Assembly: GCA_964016885.1 (NCBI GenBank)
Contig: OZ024764.1
Span: 17,546,001 to 17,610,000, forward strand
From: Eledone cirrhosa
Lineage: Eukaryota
Direction of reading: 5' to 3'
DNA: 64,000 nt
Positions 52,391 through 64,000 of the stretch are shown piece after piece (the stretch's first letter is position 1; each line of letters opens with the position of its first letter). Under the pieces are notes generated by a model. It was not told the origin of the DNA. It searched no databases and worked only from the letters and a program-made list of their open reading frames with translations. Position numbers and translations under genes: made by a program.

Positions 52391-52915
52391 ATATATATAT
52401 ATGAACAAGAGAGAAGGTTGTGTAGTTGCTAGATAAGGTATACTTAAATATAAGAAGAAAGCATGAACGGGAGAAAGTTTTCCTTCATCAGTTGTCTGCT
52501 GGGGGTCTCGGATATTTCTACCCATTAAAAACAAATATATATATATATATATATATATACATACATACATATCTATATATATATATATATAAATTAAATA
52601 AAAATGGTGTAGGCATTACAATACAACAGGAGAAAACACAATAGTACCACTGATGATGTCACACATGTGTGATGAAAGTACTTTGATAGACTATATATAT
52701 ATATATATATCTGTATTTTTAACCATTGGTCAATCAATGATAAACATTGATTGCCAGATAAATTAACTATGGAGATATAAAAGATACAGAAGCGAAAACC
52801 AACCCCAACCAAACAGTGAGTGTGTTCTGTTATTATTTCTGGCAATATTATAACAATATGACCCTCCCCAAGTATATCAATATATATATATTGTGTGTAT
52901 TATCTCTGTTTTCAG

Positions 52916-53059
52916 CTGGACAGTCTGTGCTCTCTCCTGGCCACCAGAAAAGATGACTCCCTCCACTCTGCTGTGGTCAAATGTTTCACCACATCACTGG
53001 ACAGTGAGAAAACTCAAACAATGGAACTGCACGCAGTTCTCTCTGCCATTGTACCACAT
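52916..53059 (+). CDS. MYBBP1A: MYBBP1A exon 11, LDSLCSLLATRKDDSLHSAVVKCFTTSLDSEKTQTMELHAVLSAIVPH
   Basis: tttcag/gtaagt, phase 0-0. Confidence 0.87.
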
Positions 53060-53378
53060 GTAAGTAATAGGGGTGGTGTGTGTGTGTTATTGTACCACAT
53101 GTTGGTAATAGGGGTGATGTGTGTGTCATTGTACCACATGTTGGTAATAGAGGTCTGTGTGTGTTATTGTACCACATGTTGGTAATAGGAGTAGTGTGTG
53201 TGTGTCATCGTGCCACATGTTGGTAATAGTGTGTGTGTGTTATTGTACCACATATTGATAATAGGGGTGGTGTGTGTGTGTTATTGTACCACATGTTGAT
53301 AATAGGGGTGGTGTGTGTGTGTGTGTTATTGTACCACATGTTGGTAATAGGGTTGGTGTGTGTGTCATTCTACCACAA
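53048..53378 (+). repeat. ~41-47-bp tandem repeat seeded on the exon 11 donor
   Basis: Repeated ttgtaccacatgttggtaatagg..gtgtgtg; the first unit is the exon end plus gtaagt. Confidence 0.88.
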
Positions 53379-53393
53379 TATATATATTTACCC

Positions 53394-55317
53394 TATTAAA
53401 TAACCCACCTATCACCTCTCTTGTATTAAATAACCCACCTATCACCTCTCTTATATTAAATAACCCACCTATCACCTCTCTTGTATTAAATAACCCACCT
53501 ATCACCTCTCTTGTATTAAATAACCCACCTATCACCTCTCTTGTATTAAATAACCCACCTATCACCTCTCTTGTATTAAATAACCCACCTATCACCTCTC
53601 CTGTATTAAATAACCCACCTATCACCTCTCCTGTATTAAATAACCCACCTATCACCTCTCTTGTATTAAATAACCCACCTATCACCTCTCTTGTATTAAA
53701 TAACCCACCTATCACCTCTCTTGTATTAAATAACCCACCTATCACCTCTCCTGTATTAAATAACCCACCTATCACCTCTCTTGTATTAAATAACCCACCT
53801 ATCACCTCTCTTGTATTAAATAACCCACCTATCACCTCTCTTGTATTAAATAACCCACCTATCACCTCTCTTGTATTAAATAACCCACCTATCACCTCTC
53901 CTGTATTAAATAACCCACCTATCACCTCTCTTGTATTAAATAACCCACCTATCACCTCTCTTGTATTAAATAACCCACCTATCACCTCTCTTGTATTAAA
54001 TAACCCACCTATCACCTCTCTTGTATTAAATAACCCACCTATCACCTCTCCTGTATTAAATAACCCACCTATCACCTCTCTTGTATTAAATAACCCACCT
54101 ATCACCTCTCTTGTATTAAATAACCCACCTATCACCTCTCTTGTATTAAATAACCCACCTATCACCTCTCTTGTATTAAATAACCCACCTATCACCTCTC
54201 TTGTATTAAATAACCCACCTATCACCTCTCCTGTATTAAATAACCCACCTATCACCTCTCTTGTATTAAATAACCCACCTATCACCTCTCTTGTATTAAA
54301 TAACCCACCTATCACCTCTCTTGTATTAAATAACCCACCTATCACCTCTCTTGTATTAAATAACCCACCTATCACCTCTCTTGTATTAAATAACCCACCT
54401 ATCACCTCTCTTGTATTAAATAACCCACCTATCACCTCTCTTGTATTAAATAACCCACCTATCACCTCTCTTGTATTAAATAACCCACCTATCACCTCTC
54501 TTGTATTAAATAACCCACCTATCACCTCTCTTGTATTAAATAACCCACCTATCACCTCTCTTGTATTAAATAACCCACCTATCACCTCTCTTGTATTAAA
54601 TAACCCACCTATCACCTCTCCTGTATTAAATAACCCACCTATCACCTCTCTTGTATTAAATAACCCACCTATCACCTCTCTTGTATTAAATAACCCACCT
54701 ATCACCTCTCTTGTATTAAATAACCCACCTATCACCTCTCTTGTATTAAATAACCCACCTATCACCTCTCCTGTATTAAATAACCCACCTATCACCTCTC
54801 TTGTATTAAATAACCCACCTATCACCTCTCTTGTATTAAATAACCCACCTATCACCTCTCTTGTATTAAATAACCCACCTATCACCTCTCTTGTATTAAA
54901 TAACCCACCTATCACCTCTCTTGTATTAAATAACCCACCTATCACCTCTCCTGTATTAAATAACCCACCTATCACCTCTCTTGTATTAAATAACCCACCT
55001 ATCACCTCTCTTGTATTAAATAACCCACCTATCACCTCTCTTGTATTAAATAACCCACCTATCACCTCTCTTGTATTAAATAACCCACCTATCACCTCTC
55101 TTGTATTAAATAACCCACCTATCACCTCTCTTGTATTAAATAACCCACCTATCACCTCTCTTGTATTAAATAACCCACCTATCACCTCTCTTGTATTAAA
55201 TAACCCACCTATCACCTCTCTTGTATTAAATAACCCACCTATCACCTCTCTTGTATTAAATAACCCACCTATCACCTCTCTTGTATTAAATAACCCACCT
55301 ATCACCTCTCTTGTATT
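53394..55317 (+). repeat. 30-bp minisatellite (~64 near-identical units)
   Basis: Unit taacccacctatcacctctcttgtattaaa; last unit runs into the exon 12 acceptor. Confidence 0.98.
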
Positions 55318-55323
55318 TTCCAG

Positions 55324-55394
55324 TTGTCAGCAAAAGTGTCGGAGGAACTAAGTCAAGAAATTATGAACCTTATCGAAGGGCAACCATTTTATGG
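55324..55394 (+). CDS. MYBBP1A: MYBBP1A exon 12, LSAKVSEELSQEIMNLIEGQPFY(G)
   Basis: ttccag/gtaggt, phase 0-2, matches exon 13 phase. Confidence 0.82.
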
Positions 55395-55512
55395 GTAGGT
55401 CTTTGCCCTTCATCTTTACGGGGTCGACTTTCCCCTCCCCCCAAATTACTGGCCTAGTGTCTATACTAGAAATTATTATTATTATATTTTTATAGTGGTG
55501 GCAATCGCATCT

Positions 55513-55944
55513 CCACTACTACTACAACTACTACTACTACAACTACTACCACTACTACCACTACTACTACTACTACTTCCACTACTACTACCACTACTAC
55601 TACAACCACCACTACTACTACTACCACTACTACTACTACTACTACTACCACTACTACTACTTCCACTACTACTACTACTACTACTTCCACTACTACTACT
55701 ACTTCCACTACTACTACCACTACAACCACCACTTCTACTACTACCACCACTACTACTTCCACTACTACTACCACTACTACTACTACTACAACCACCACTT
55801 CTACTACTACTACTACTACTTCCACTACTACTACTACTACTACTTCCACTACTACTACTACTACTACTACCACTACTTCCACTACTACTACTACTACTAC
55901 TACCACTACTACTACTACTACCACTACTACTTCCACTACTACTA

Positions 55945-55981
<37 letters not shown>

Positions 55982-56360
55982 CACTACTACTACTACTACT
56001 ACTACTATCACTACTACTACCACTACTACTACTTCCACTACTACTACTACCACTACTACTACTTCCACTACCACTACTACTACTACTACCACTAGTAACA
56101 CCACCACTACTACTACTACAACCACTACTACTATTACTATTAGTACAACCACTACTACTACTACTATTACTAGTAACACCACCACTACTACTATTAGTAC
56201 AACCACCACTACTACCACTACTATTACTAGTAACACCACCACTACTACTATTAGTACAACCACTACTACTACTATTACTAGTAACACCACTACTACTACT
56301 ATTAGTACAACCACTACTACTACTATTACTAGTAACACCACTACTACTACTATTACTATT
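55513..56360. repeat. (CTA/CCA)n microsatellite
   Basis: Read directly. Confidence 0.93.
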
Positions 56361-56372
56361 GTTTCTTTTCAG

Positions 56373-56592
56373 TTTGCAGTTAAGTGGTCCGTCCGTCCGT
56401 CAGTGGTCCATTAACCAGCTTGGTCTGTTCTTCGGCCACACCACCACCACCACCAGCACCACCACCAGCGCTACCGCCGGTCAAGAAGAAAAAGAAGAAG
56501 AGTCCAGACATGGCCACCATGCCTCTATCCTCCAATACCTCTTCAGACATGCCTTCTTCATCTCCGTAAAACCCTCAACGCAGATACCACAC
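56373..56592 (+). CDS. MYBBP1A: MYBBP1A exon 13, LQLSGPSVRQWSINQLGLFFG..ILQYLFRHAFFISVKPSTQIPH
   Basis: tttcag/gtaagg, phase 2-0; RxW and LFxHAFF..KP..QIP match the family. Confidence 0.92.
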
Positions 56593-56953
56593 GTAAGGGA
56601 TTTTAAATCATCATCATCATACGTCCGCTCTTCCCTGCTTGCGAGGGTGGGACGGGTCTTATCCAGCAGCACAGCATCTCTCCACTCGTCACGGTCCTTC
56701 GTCATCTCCACCGTGAGCTTCAGTCACACACATATATATAAACAATGAGTTATATGGTTTTCAAAATTATTTAAATTTGTATTTCCTATTCAACAATGTT
56801 TCAAACAAGCTACAAAACTCTGTTATATTTAAATAAATTTAAATAATTTTAAAAGCCATTAGAAAATTTAAGGTCCCAAGATAACGATAGAGTTTTACCC
56901 TTAGCAAATTTAATTAAATGACTCCTAATATCTCCCCTTTCTCTCTATTGCAG

Positions 56954-57050
56954 TGTAACAGGGAACCCCTGAGTTTTGGTGAGAAGCTACAGAAGACGTG
57001 CCACATGGCCTTTGTGAAAAACTTTCTCAAGATAATCACCATTAAATCTG
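56954..57050 (+). CDS. MYBBP1A: MYBBP1A exon 14, CNREPLSFGEKLQKTCHMAFVKNFLKIITIKS
   Basis: ttgcag/gtaagt, phase 0-1. Confidence 0.87.
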
Positions 57051-57185
57051 GTAAGTGGTTGTTGTGGTGGTGTTTAGCCCCAGGTCAGTCCTGATCCTGT
57101 AGACCTTTGATCAAAGACAGCCCCAAACCTGGAACCCTAACTAATCAGTTAGTAAAATTATTTACATTTTCAATTTCTTCTCCAG

Positions 57186-57244
57186 ATAAAAACAAGAAAA
57201 AACACATCGCCATGACAGTCCAGAAGATATTTTCATACGTTGAG
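57186..57244 (+). CDS. MYBBP1A: MYBBP1A exon 15, (D)KNKKKHIAMTVQKIFSYVE
   Basis: ctccag/gtaaat, phase 1-0. Confidence 0.85.
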
Positions 57245-57668
57245 GTAAATATTGTTGTTGTTCTTATCGCTGGCCATACCTGCCACAGCCTTAGCTGGCC
57301 TGCTATAAGGTTACATTGCATAGGAGCTTTCTCAGGTGTTTTAATGACAGGGACCCCAGTCCTATCATGTTGTTACAGCTCACAGCTATGTAGGATTAGT
57401 TAGACTCCTACAGGGTTGTAACTCATAGGAGGTTTCTTGGGTGTTTTAATGGTAGGGACCTCAGTCCTATCATGTTACAGTTCACACCTATGTAGGTTTA
57501 GCTGGCCTCCTACAAGGTTATATCTCCCAGGGAGGTTTGGGGGTCTTTTAATGATAGGGACCTCTGTCTTATCATTAAGTAAATGTAACGATATTAAATA
57601 AAGGGGCTTTATTTGAAACATTTTTGTGATATGGTGTTGATTTTTCTCTCCCTGTTTTTTCTCTCCAG

Positions 57669-57722
57669 TCTTTGGTCAGTAACCCAGATGTTGTGAAACC
57701 ACTGAAAGAATTAAATGAAGAG
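57669..57722 (+). CDS. MYBBP1A: MYBBP1A exon 16, SLVSNPDVVKPLKELNEE
   Basis: ctccag/gtgagt, phase 0-0. Confidence 0.85.
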
Positions 57723-57852
57723 GTGAGTGTGGGTGGAGAGGGGGGGTCTCTTGACCACTGGTTTGTCTATGTGTTGTATATTTGCTAATGTGTGTCTTTG
57801 TGTGTGTATCTGGCAGTGTGTGTTTGTATATATATATATATATATGTATACA

Positions 57853-58175
57853 TATGTAGGGGCTCCCACAGGAGCACTGAGTGCAATGCCAACTCTGGAT
57901 GTCGGTGAGCATGTCCAGCTAACCTCAGTCTCCTCTGTGACACTTTTGAGCTGACTTTTAGGAGGCTCCCGTACAGCTCTGAGTTTTTCATCCTCAGTGT
58001 ATACTGGGAGCCCCTACATGGAATCACTGGAAGAGGAAGACCAAGGTTAACGTATGTTGATGCCCTAAGGACAGACACTGGTCTGTGGGAGACGCAGGAC
58101 ATGGCAGCGATAATGAGGGACAGAGACTGCTGGAGAGAACTCGTCCATGGATCTCGGGAATTTTACCCGCCCTAG
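57853..58175 (+). mobile_element. RTE-clade LINE 3' end with an inverted 5' segment
   Basis: Minus 57853-57995 encodes ..QRRLRLAGHAHRHPELALHSVLLWEPLH; plus from ~58004 continues WEPLHGITGRGRPRLTYVDALRTDTG..MRDRDCWRELV. Confidence 0.8.
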
Positions 58176-58332
58176 AATACATATATGTATGTATATATGT
58201 ATATATATATATATATACAGTTCCTGTATGAGCAAGGCATAGTCAGCCAACCAGACACTGCCCACAACAAGACAACCCGTCTAACCCATGCTAGCGTGGA
58301 AGAACGGACGTAAAACGGGGATGATGATGATG

Positions 58333-58369
<37 letters not shown>

Positions 58370-58782
58370 TGTATGTGTATATATATACATATATATATAG
58401 TGGTGGAACACTGGAAGGTAATATCCGTAGTGGTAGAGCACTCAGTCCAAGGGACGAGTTAGGTAGAACTATATTATATTATTATATAATATATTATATA
58501 TATATATTATACAATATATTATATATATATATTATTATATAATATATTATACAATATATTATATAATATATTATTATATAATATATACGGTCTGAGTTCA
58601 AATCCCGCCGAGGTTGACTTTGCCTTTCATCCTTACGGGGTCGATAAAATAAAGTACCAGTAATGTACTGGATAATTGCTGGCCTTGTGCCTAACGTAGA
58701 AACAATTATTATACAATATATTATATATATATATTATTATATAATATGTATTATATAATATAATATATAATTTCTATTCCAG

Positions 58783-58836
58783 ACACTACAAGCCCTTCAC
58801 CAGATCAAACAGATGTTGTCACAGATGCAGTCAATT
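58783..58836 (+). CDS. MYBBP1A: MYBBP1A exon 17, TLQALHQIKQMLSQMQSI
   Basis: ttccag/gtaaga, phase 0-0. Confidence 0.83.
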
Positions 58837-59203
58837 GTAAGACATTTTATTTTACTGTGTGTCAGTTGCTGGCTACATATCACCACCACTGTCACCATCT
58901 CCACCAACACCACCACCACCACTGTCACCATCTCCACCAACACCACCACCACCACTGTCACCATCTCCACCAACACCACCACCACCACTGTCACCATCTC
59001 CACCAACACCACCACCACCACTGTCACCACCACTATCCCCTCTCTCTCTCTGTCTACCACCACCACTATCCTCTCTCTGTCCACCACCACCACCATCCTC
59101 TCTCTGTCCACCACCACCACCACCACCTCTCTGTCCACCACCACCACTACCACAGTCACCACTACTACCACCACCACTCTAATGTTCTCTCTCTGTCCAC
59201 CAG

Positions 59204-59311
59204 AAAACTGACCACTCTGAAAGTAAGAATATTTATGCCTTTGAGATTCTCCTCACTTACCTGGCCCTCCAGGTGTTCTGTGACCCTCAAAACTGCTTAG
59301 ATGTCATACAG
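59204..59311 (+). CDS. MYBBP1A: MYBBP1A exon 18, KTDHSESKNIYAFEILLTYLALQVFCDPQNCLDVIQ
   Basis: caccag/gtaaat, phase 0-0; AFxxLL..L.L motif. Confidence 0.9.
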
Positions 59312-59333
59312 GTAAATATACACCTTCTACATT

Positions 59334-59372
<39 letters not shown>

Positions 59373-59441
59373 CAGTCAATATACTGTGTATGTGTGTGTA
59401 TATATATATATATATATACACACCTATATCTATATTTCCAG

Positions 59442-59499
59442 GACAGTCTGTCTTGCTGTGAAAATGCTGTTAAAAAGAGGGTCAAATCTTCAGAGGATG
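59442..59499 (+). CDS. MYBBP1A: MYBBP1A exon 19, DSLSCCENAVKKRVKSSED
   Basis: ttccag/gtaagt, phase 0-1. Confidence 0.87.
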
Positions 59500-59669
59500 G
59501 TAAGTAACGAACCCTAATTCTGGTCTGACCCCTACTTTAACCCTAATGCTCTATATTAACCCCAGTTCTGTTGAGCATGTCCATGTCACCCCTAACCCTA
59601 CATTAACCCCTAAGTACTTCACAATAAACTCCTACGGTGTTACCCCTAAATTGATATTCCCTCTTTAAG

Positions 59670-59706
<37 letters not shown>

Positions 59707-59910
59707 TTACTCTTCGTGTTACCCTTCTTTTGACCCCTACTATAAATTAAGCCCTTATAGTTCCTGTTAATTCTAAACCTATCTTGACCCCTAGTACTAT
59801 ACATTAATCCCTAGTGTGTTACCCCTGTATATTTTAACCCTGTCCCTACATTAACCCCTAAGTACTCTATATTCAGCCCTTACAGTCCCTGTTAACCCTT
59901 GCTATTTCAG

Positions 59911-60053
59911 AACCCGACTGGTTGGATGTCCTGCTAGATGTCCTTATCGGTATGATGACCCACCCTTCCAAACTCTCTCGTGCCATAGCAACCAGTATCT
60001 TCTCGGCTGTCAACGACCACATCACACCCCTAACTCTGGGGCTTCTCACAGAT
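59911..60053 (+). CDS. MYBBP1A: MYBBP1A exon 20, (E)PDWLDVLLDVLIGMMTHPSKLSRAIATSIFSAVNDHITPLTLGLLTD
   Basis: tttcag/gtaagt, phase 1-0; resembles EPPWVEVLVEILLALLAQPSHLMRQVARSVF..HLTP. Confidence 0.94.
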
Positions 60054-60355
60054 GTAAGTACACCCTATACTGTCTCCCACCCCCTGGGGCTTGTCACAGA
60101 CGTAAGTACACATAATACTGTCTCCCACCCCCTGGGGCTTGTCACAAACGTAAGTACACATAATACTGTCTCCCACCCCCTGGGGCTTGTCACAGACGTA
60201 AGTACACACTATACTGTCTCCTCCCCCTGGGGCTTGTCACAGACGTAAGTACACACTATACTGTCTCCTCCCCCTGGGGCTTGTCACAGACATAAGTACA
60301 CACTATACTGTCTCCTCCCCCTGGGGCTTGTCACAGACGTGAGTACACTCTATAC
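60035..60355 (+). repeat. 47-48-bp tandem repeat, each unit carrying the exon 20 end plus a 5' splice site
   Basis: ctggggcttgtcacagac|gtaagtacac repeated; GT at 60054, 60102, 60150, 60198, 60245, 60339 (ataagt at 60292). Confidence 0.92.
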
Positions 60356-60452
60356 CCTCCCCTCTGTGATACCATCTCTCCATTTTTCTCTACAGTTCAA
60401 CCCTCTTGTTACTGTGTTTCTGATAAAATATTAAATAAATTACACTGTATTC

Positions 60453-63397
60453 AAATACACCCAGTACACTCTGTAAAGTGGTAGTTGGGTAATGGACACT
60501 ATATAGTGAAGAGGGTTGTTTTGTCTGGTCAAGGACATGGCAACCTCCCTAGGGCTGATAAAATACACCTAGTACACTCTGTAAAGTGGTAGTTGGGTAA
60601 TGGACACTATATAGTGAAGAGGGTTGTTTAGTCTGGTCAAGGACATGGCAACCTCCCTAGGGCTGATAAAATACACCTAGTACACTCTGTAAAGTGGTAG
60701 TTGGGTAATGGACACTATATAGTGAAGAGGGTTGTTTTGTCTGGTCAAGGACATGGCAACCTCCCTAGGGCTGATAAAATACACCTAGTACACTCTGTAA
60801 AGTGGTAGTTGGGTAATGGACACTATATAGTGAAGAGGGTTGTTTTGTCTGGTCAAGGACATGGCAACCTCCCTAGGGCTGATAAAATACACCCAGTACA
60901 CTCTGTAAAGTGGTAGTTGGGTAATGGACACTATATAGTGAAGAGGGTTGTTTTGTCTGGTCAAGGACATGGCAACCTCCCTAGGGCTGATAAAATACAC
61001 CTAGTACACTCTGTAAAGTGGTAGTTGGGTAATGGACACTATATAGTGAAGAGGGTTGTTTTGTCTGGTCAAGGACATGGCAACCTCCCTAGGGCTGATA
61101 AAATACACCCAGTACACTCTGTAAAGTGGTAGTTGGGTAATGGACACTATATAGTGAAGAGGGTTGTTTTGTCTGGTCAAGGACATGGCAACCTCCCTAG
61201 GGCTGATAAAATACACCTAGTACACTCTGTAAAGTGGTAGTTGGGTAATGGACACTATATAGTGAAGAGGGTTGTTTTGTCTGGTCAAGGACATGGCAAC
61301 CTCCCTAGGGCTGATAAAATACACCCAGTACACTCTGTAAAGTGGGAGTTGGGTAATGGACACTATATAGTGAAGAGGGTTGTTTAGTCTCATCAAGGAC
61401 ATGGCAACCTCCCTAGGGCTGATAAAATACACCTAGTACACTCTGTAAAGTGGTAGTTGGGTAATGGACACTATATAGTGAAGAGGGTTGTTTAGTCTGG
61501 TCAAGGACATGGCAACCTCCCTAGGGCTGATAAAATACACCTAGTACACTCTGTAAAGTGGTAGTTGGGTAATGGACACTATATAGTGAAGAGGGTTGTT
61601 TAGTCTGGTCAAGGACATGGCAACCTCCCTAGGGCTGATAAAATACACCCAGTACACTCTGTAAAGTGGTAGTTGGGTAATGGACACTATATAGTGAAGA
61701 GGGTTGTTTTGTCTGGTCAAGGACATGGCAACCTCCCTAGGGCTGATAAAATACACCCAGTACACTCTGTAAAGTGGTAGTTGGGTAATGGACACTATAT
61801 AGTGAAGAGGGTTGTTTAGTCTGGTCAAGGACATGGCAACCTCCCTAGGGCTGATAAAATACACCCAGTACACTCTGTAAAGTGGTAGTTGGGTAATGGA
61901 CACTATATAGTGAAGAGGGTTGTTTTGTCTGGTCAAGGACATGGCAACCTCCCTAGGGCTGATAAAATACACCTAGTACACTCTGTAAAGTGGTAGTTGG
62001 GTAATGGACACTATATAGTGAAGAGGGTTGTTTAGTCTCATCAAGGACATGGCAACCTCCCTAGGGCTGATAAAATACACCTAGTACACTCTGTAAAGTG
62101 GTAGTTGGGTAATGGACACTATATAGTGAAGAGGGTTGTTTAGTCTGGTCAAGGACATGGCAACCTCCCTAGGGCTGATAAAATACACCTAGTACACTCT
62201 GTAAAGTGGTAGTTGGGTAATGGACACTATATAGTGAAGAGGGTTGTTTAGTCTGGTCAAGGACATGGCAACCTCCCTAGGGCTGATAAAATACACCTAG
62301 TACACTCTGTAAAGTGGTAGTTGGGTAATGGACACTATATAGTGAAGAGGGTTGTTTAGTCTCATCAAGGACATGGCAACCTCCCTAGGGCTGATAAAAT
62401 ACACCTAGTACACTCTGTAAAGTGGTAGTTGGGTAATGGACACTATATAGTGAAGAGGGTTGTTTAGTCTGGTCAAGGACATGGCAACCTCCCTAGGGCT
62501 GATAAAATACACCTAGTACACTCTGTAAAGTGGTAGTTGGGTAATGGACACTATATAGTGAAGAGGGTTGTTTAGTCTGGTCAAGGACATGGCAACCTCC
62601 CTAGGGCTGATAAAATACACCCAGTACACTCTGTAAAGTGGTAGTTGGGTAATGGACACTATATAGTGAAGAGGGTTGTTTTGTCTGGTCAAGGACATGG
62701 CAACCTCCCTAGGGCTGATAAAATACACCCAGTACACTCTGTAAAGTGGTAGTTGGGTAATGGACACTATATAGTGAAGAGGGTTGTTTAGTCTGGTCAA
62801 GGACATGGCAACCTCCCTAGGGCTGATAAAATACACCCAGTACACTCTGTAAAGTGGTAGTTGGGTAATGGACACTATATAGTGAAGAGGGTTGTTTTGT
62901 CTGGTCAAGGACATGGCAACCTCCCTAGGGCTGATAAAATACACCTAGTACACTCTGTAAAGTGGTAGTTGGGTAATGGACACTATATAGTGAAGAGGGT
63001 TGTTTAGTCTCATCAAGGACATGGCAACCTCCCTAGGGCTGATAAAATACACCTAGTACACTCTGTAAAGTGGTAGTTGGGTAATGGACACTATATAGTG
63101 AAGAGGGTTGTTTAGTCTGGTCAAGGACATGGCAACCTCCCTAGGGCTGATAAAATACACCTAGTACACTCTGTAAAGTGGTAGTTGGGTAATGGACACT
63201 ATATAGTGAAGAGGGTTGTTTAGTCTGGTCAAGGACATGGCAACCTCCCTAGGGCTGATAAAATACACCTAGTACACTCTGTAAAGTGGTAGTTGGGTAA
63301 TGGACACTATATAGTGAAGAGGGTTGTTTAGTCTGGTCAAGGACATGGCAACCTCCCTAGGGCTGATAAAATACACCTAGTACACTCTGTAAAGTGG
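60453..63397 (+). repeat. 108-bp satellite (~27 units)
   Basis: Unit aaatacacctagtacactctgtaaagtggtagttggg..caacctccctagggctgata; variants recur at 972 bp (9 units). Confidence 0.97.
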
Positions 63398-63596
63398 AGA
63401 CTGTCTTTGGATTTGTCTGGGTTGGTATCAAAAAGGTTTGTGAAAATAATTTTGAGAGATTTAATTAAATTATTAATTATTTCATTACTAAGACAGCAAC
63501 TTAAAATATGGTTCTTGTATAAAATTATGTTGGAAGATTTTAATTTAAATAGGAACTTTTTATAATTGTTTTAATTATTTTTATTTTTAATTAAAG

Positions 63597-63651
63597 ATCT
63601 TGATGAAAAAAACAACAGACATGTCAAATGATGAAGATTTCACATTTGGTG
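63597..63651 (+). CDS. MYBBP1A: MYBBP1A exon 21, ILMKKTTDMSNDEDFTFG; gene continues beyond the right edge
   Basis: T-rich tract plus aag acceptor, G|gtaagt donor, phase 0 fits exon 20; start of the acidic region expected here. Confidence 0.68.
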
Positions 63652-63878
63652 GTAAGTGGAGATATATATGTATATGTATATATGTTTGTGTGTGTGTATA
63701 TATATGTTTGTGTGTGTGTATATATATGTGTGTATGTGTATGTATATATGTTTGTGTGTGTGTATATATATATATATGTGTATGTGTATGTATATATGCT
63801 TGTGTGTGTGTGTGTGTATATATATGTGCGTGTATATATGTTTGTGCATGTGTGTATATATATGTTTGTGCATGCGTG

Positions 63879-63913
<35 letters not shown>

Positions 63914-64000
63914 ATATATGTGTGTATGTGTATGTATATATGTTTGTGTGTGTATATATGTTTGTGTGTGTGTATATATGTTTGTGTGTGTGTATATATA

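Noticed and set aside
53360-55351. 663/646-aa ORFs (NNPPITSLVL / IGGLFNTREV repeats)
   Set aside because: 30-bp intronic minisatellite lacking stops by chance; flanked by consistent MYBBP1A exons
56756-56857. AT-rich imperfect inverted repeat (ggttttcaaaattatttaaattt / aaatttaaataattttaaaagcc)
   Set aside because: Single copy in the window, low complexity, no clear TSD; possibly a MITE but unsupported

Overview
Eukaryotic (animal) genomic DNA, AT-rich and full of microsatellites, minisatellites and SINE/MITE fragments. The repeat landscape resembles an octopus (coleoid cephalopod) genome; this is an inference. Three spliced housekeeping genes can be rebuilt by hand from GT-AG exons. (1) The first coding exon of a UBE2G1/Ubc7-like E2 enzyme (minus strand, continues off the left edge). 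(2) A complete 7-coding-exon eIF4H (minus, 40805->18746) with one frame-inconsistent junction and a probable 3'-UTR intron. (3) The first 21 coding exons of MYBBP1A/Pol5 (plus, from 42632, continues off the right edge), head-to-head with eIF4H across a ~1.3-kb polypurine tract. Almost all long ORFs in the track are artefacts of satellites whose unit length is a multiple of 3. The most interesting hidden signal is a dense set of short elements in (TA)n tracts that carry minimal type-I hammerhead-ribozyme motifs of the Penelope-like/retrozyme kind, one essentially intact at 20492-20562. Several long fold-back palindromes are centred on such ribozyme cores. Also notable: minisatellites seeded on splice sites (including in-frame tandem 5' splice sites), satellites expanded inside dispersed elements, inverted arrays bracketing the eIF4H exons, and a twin-priming-type inverted RTE insertion.
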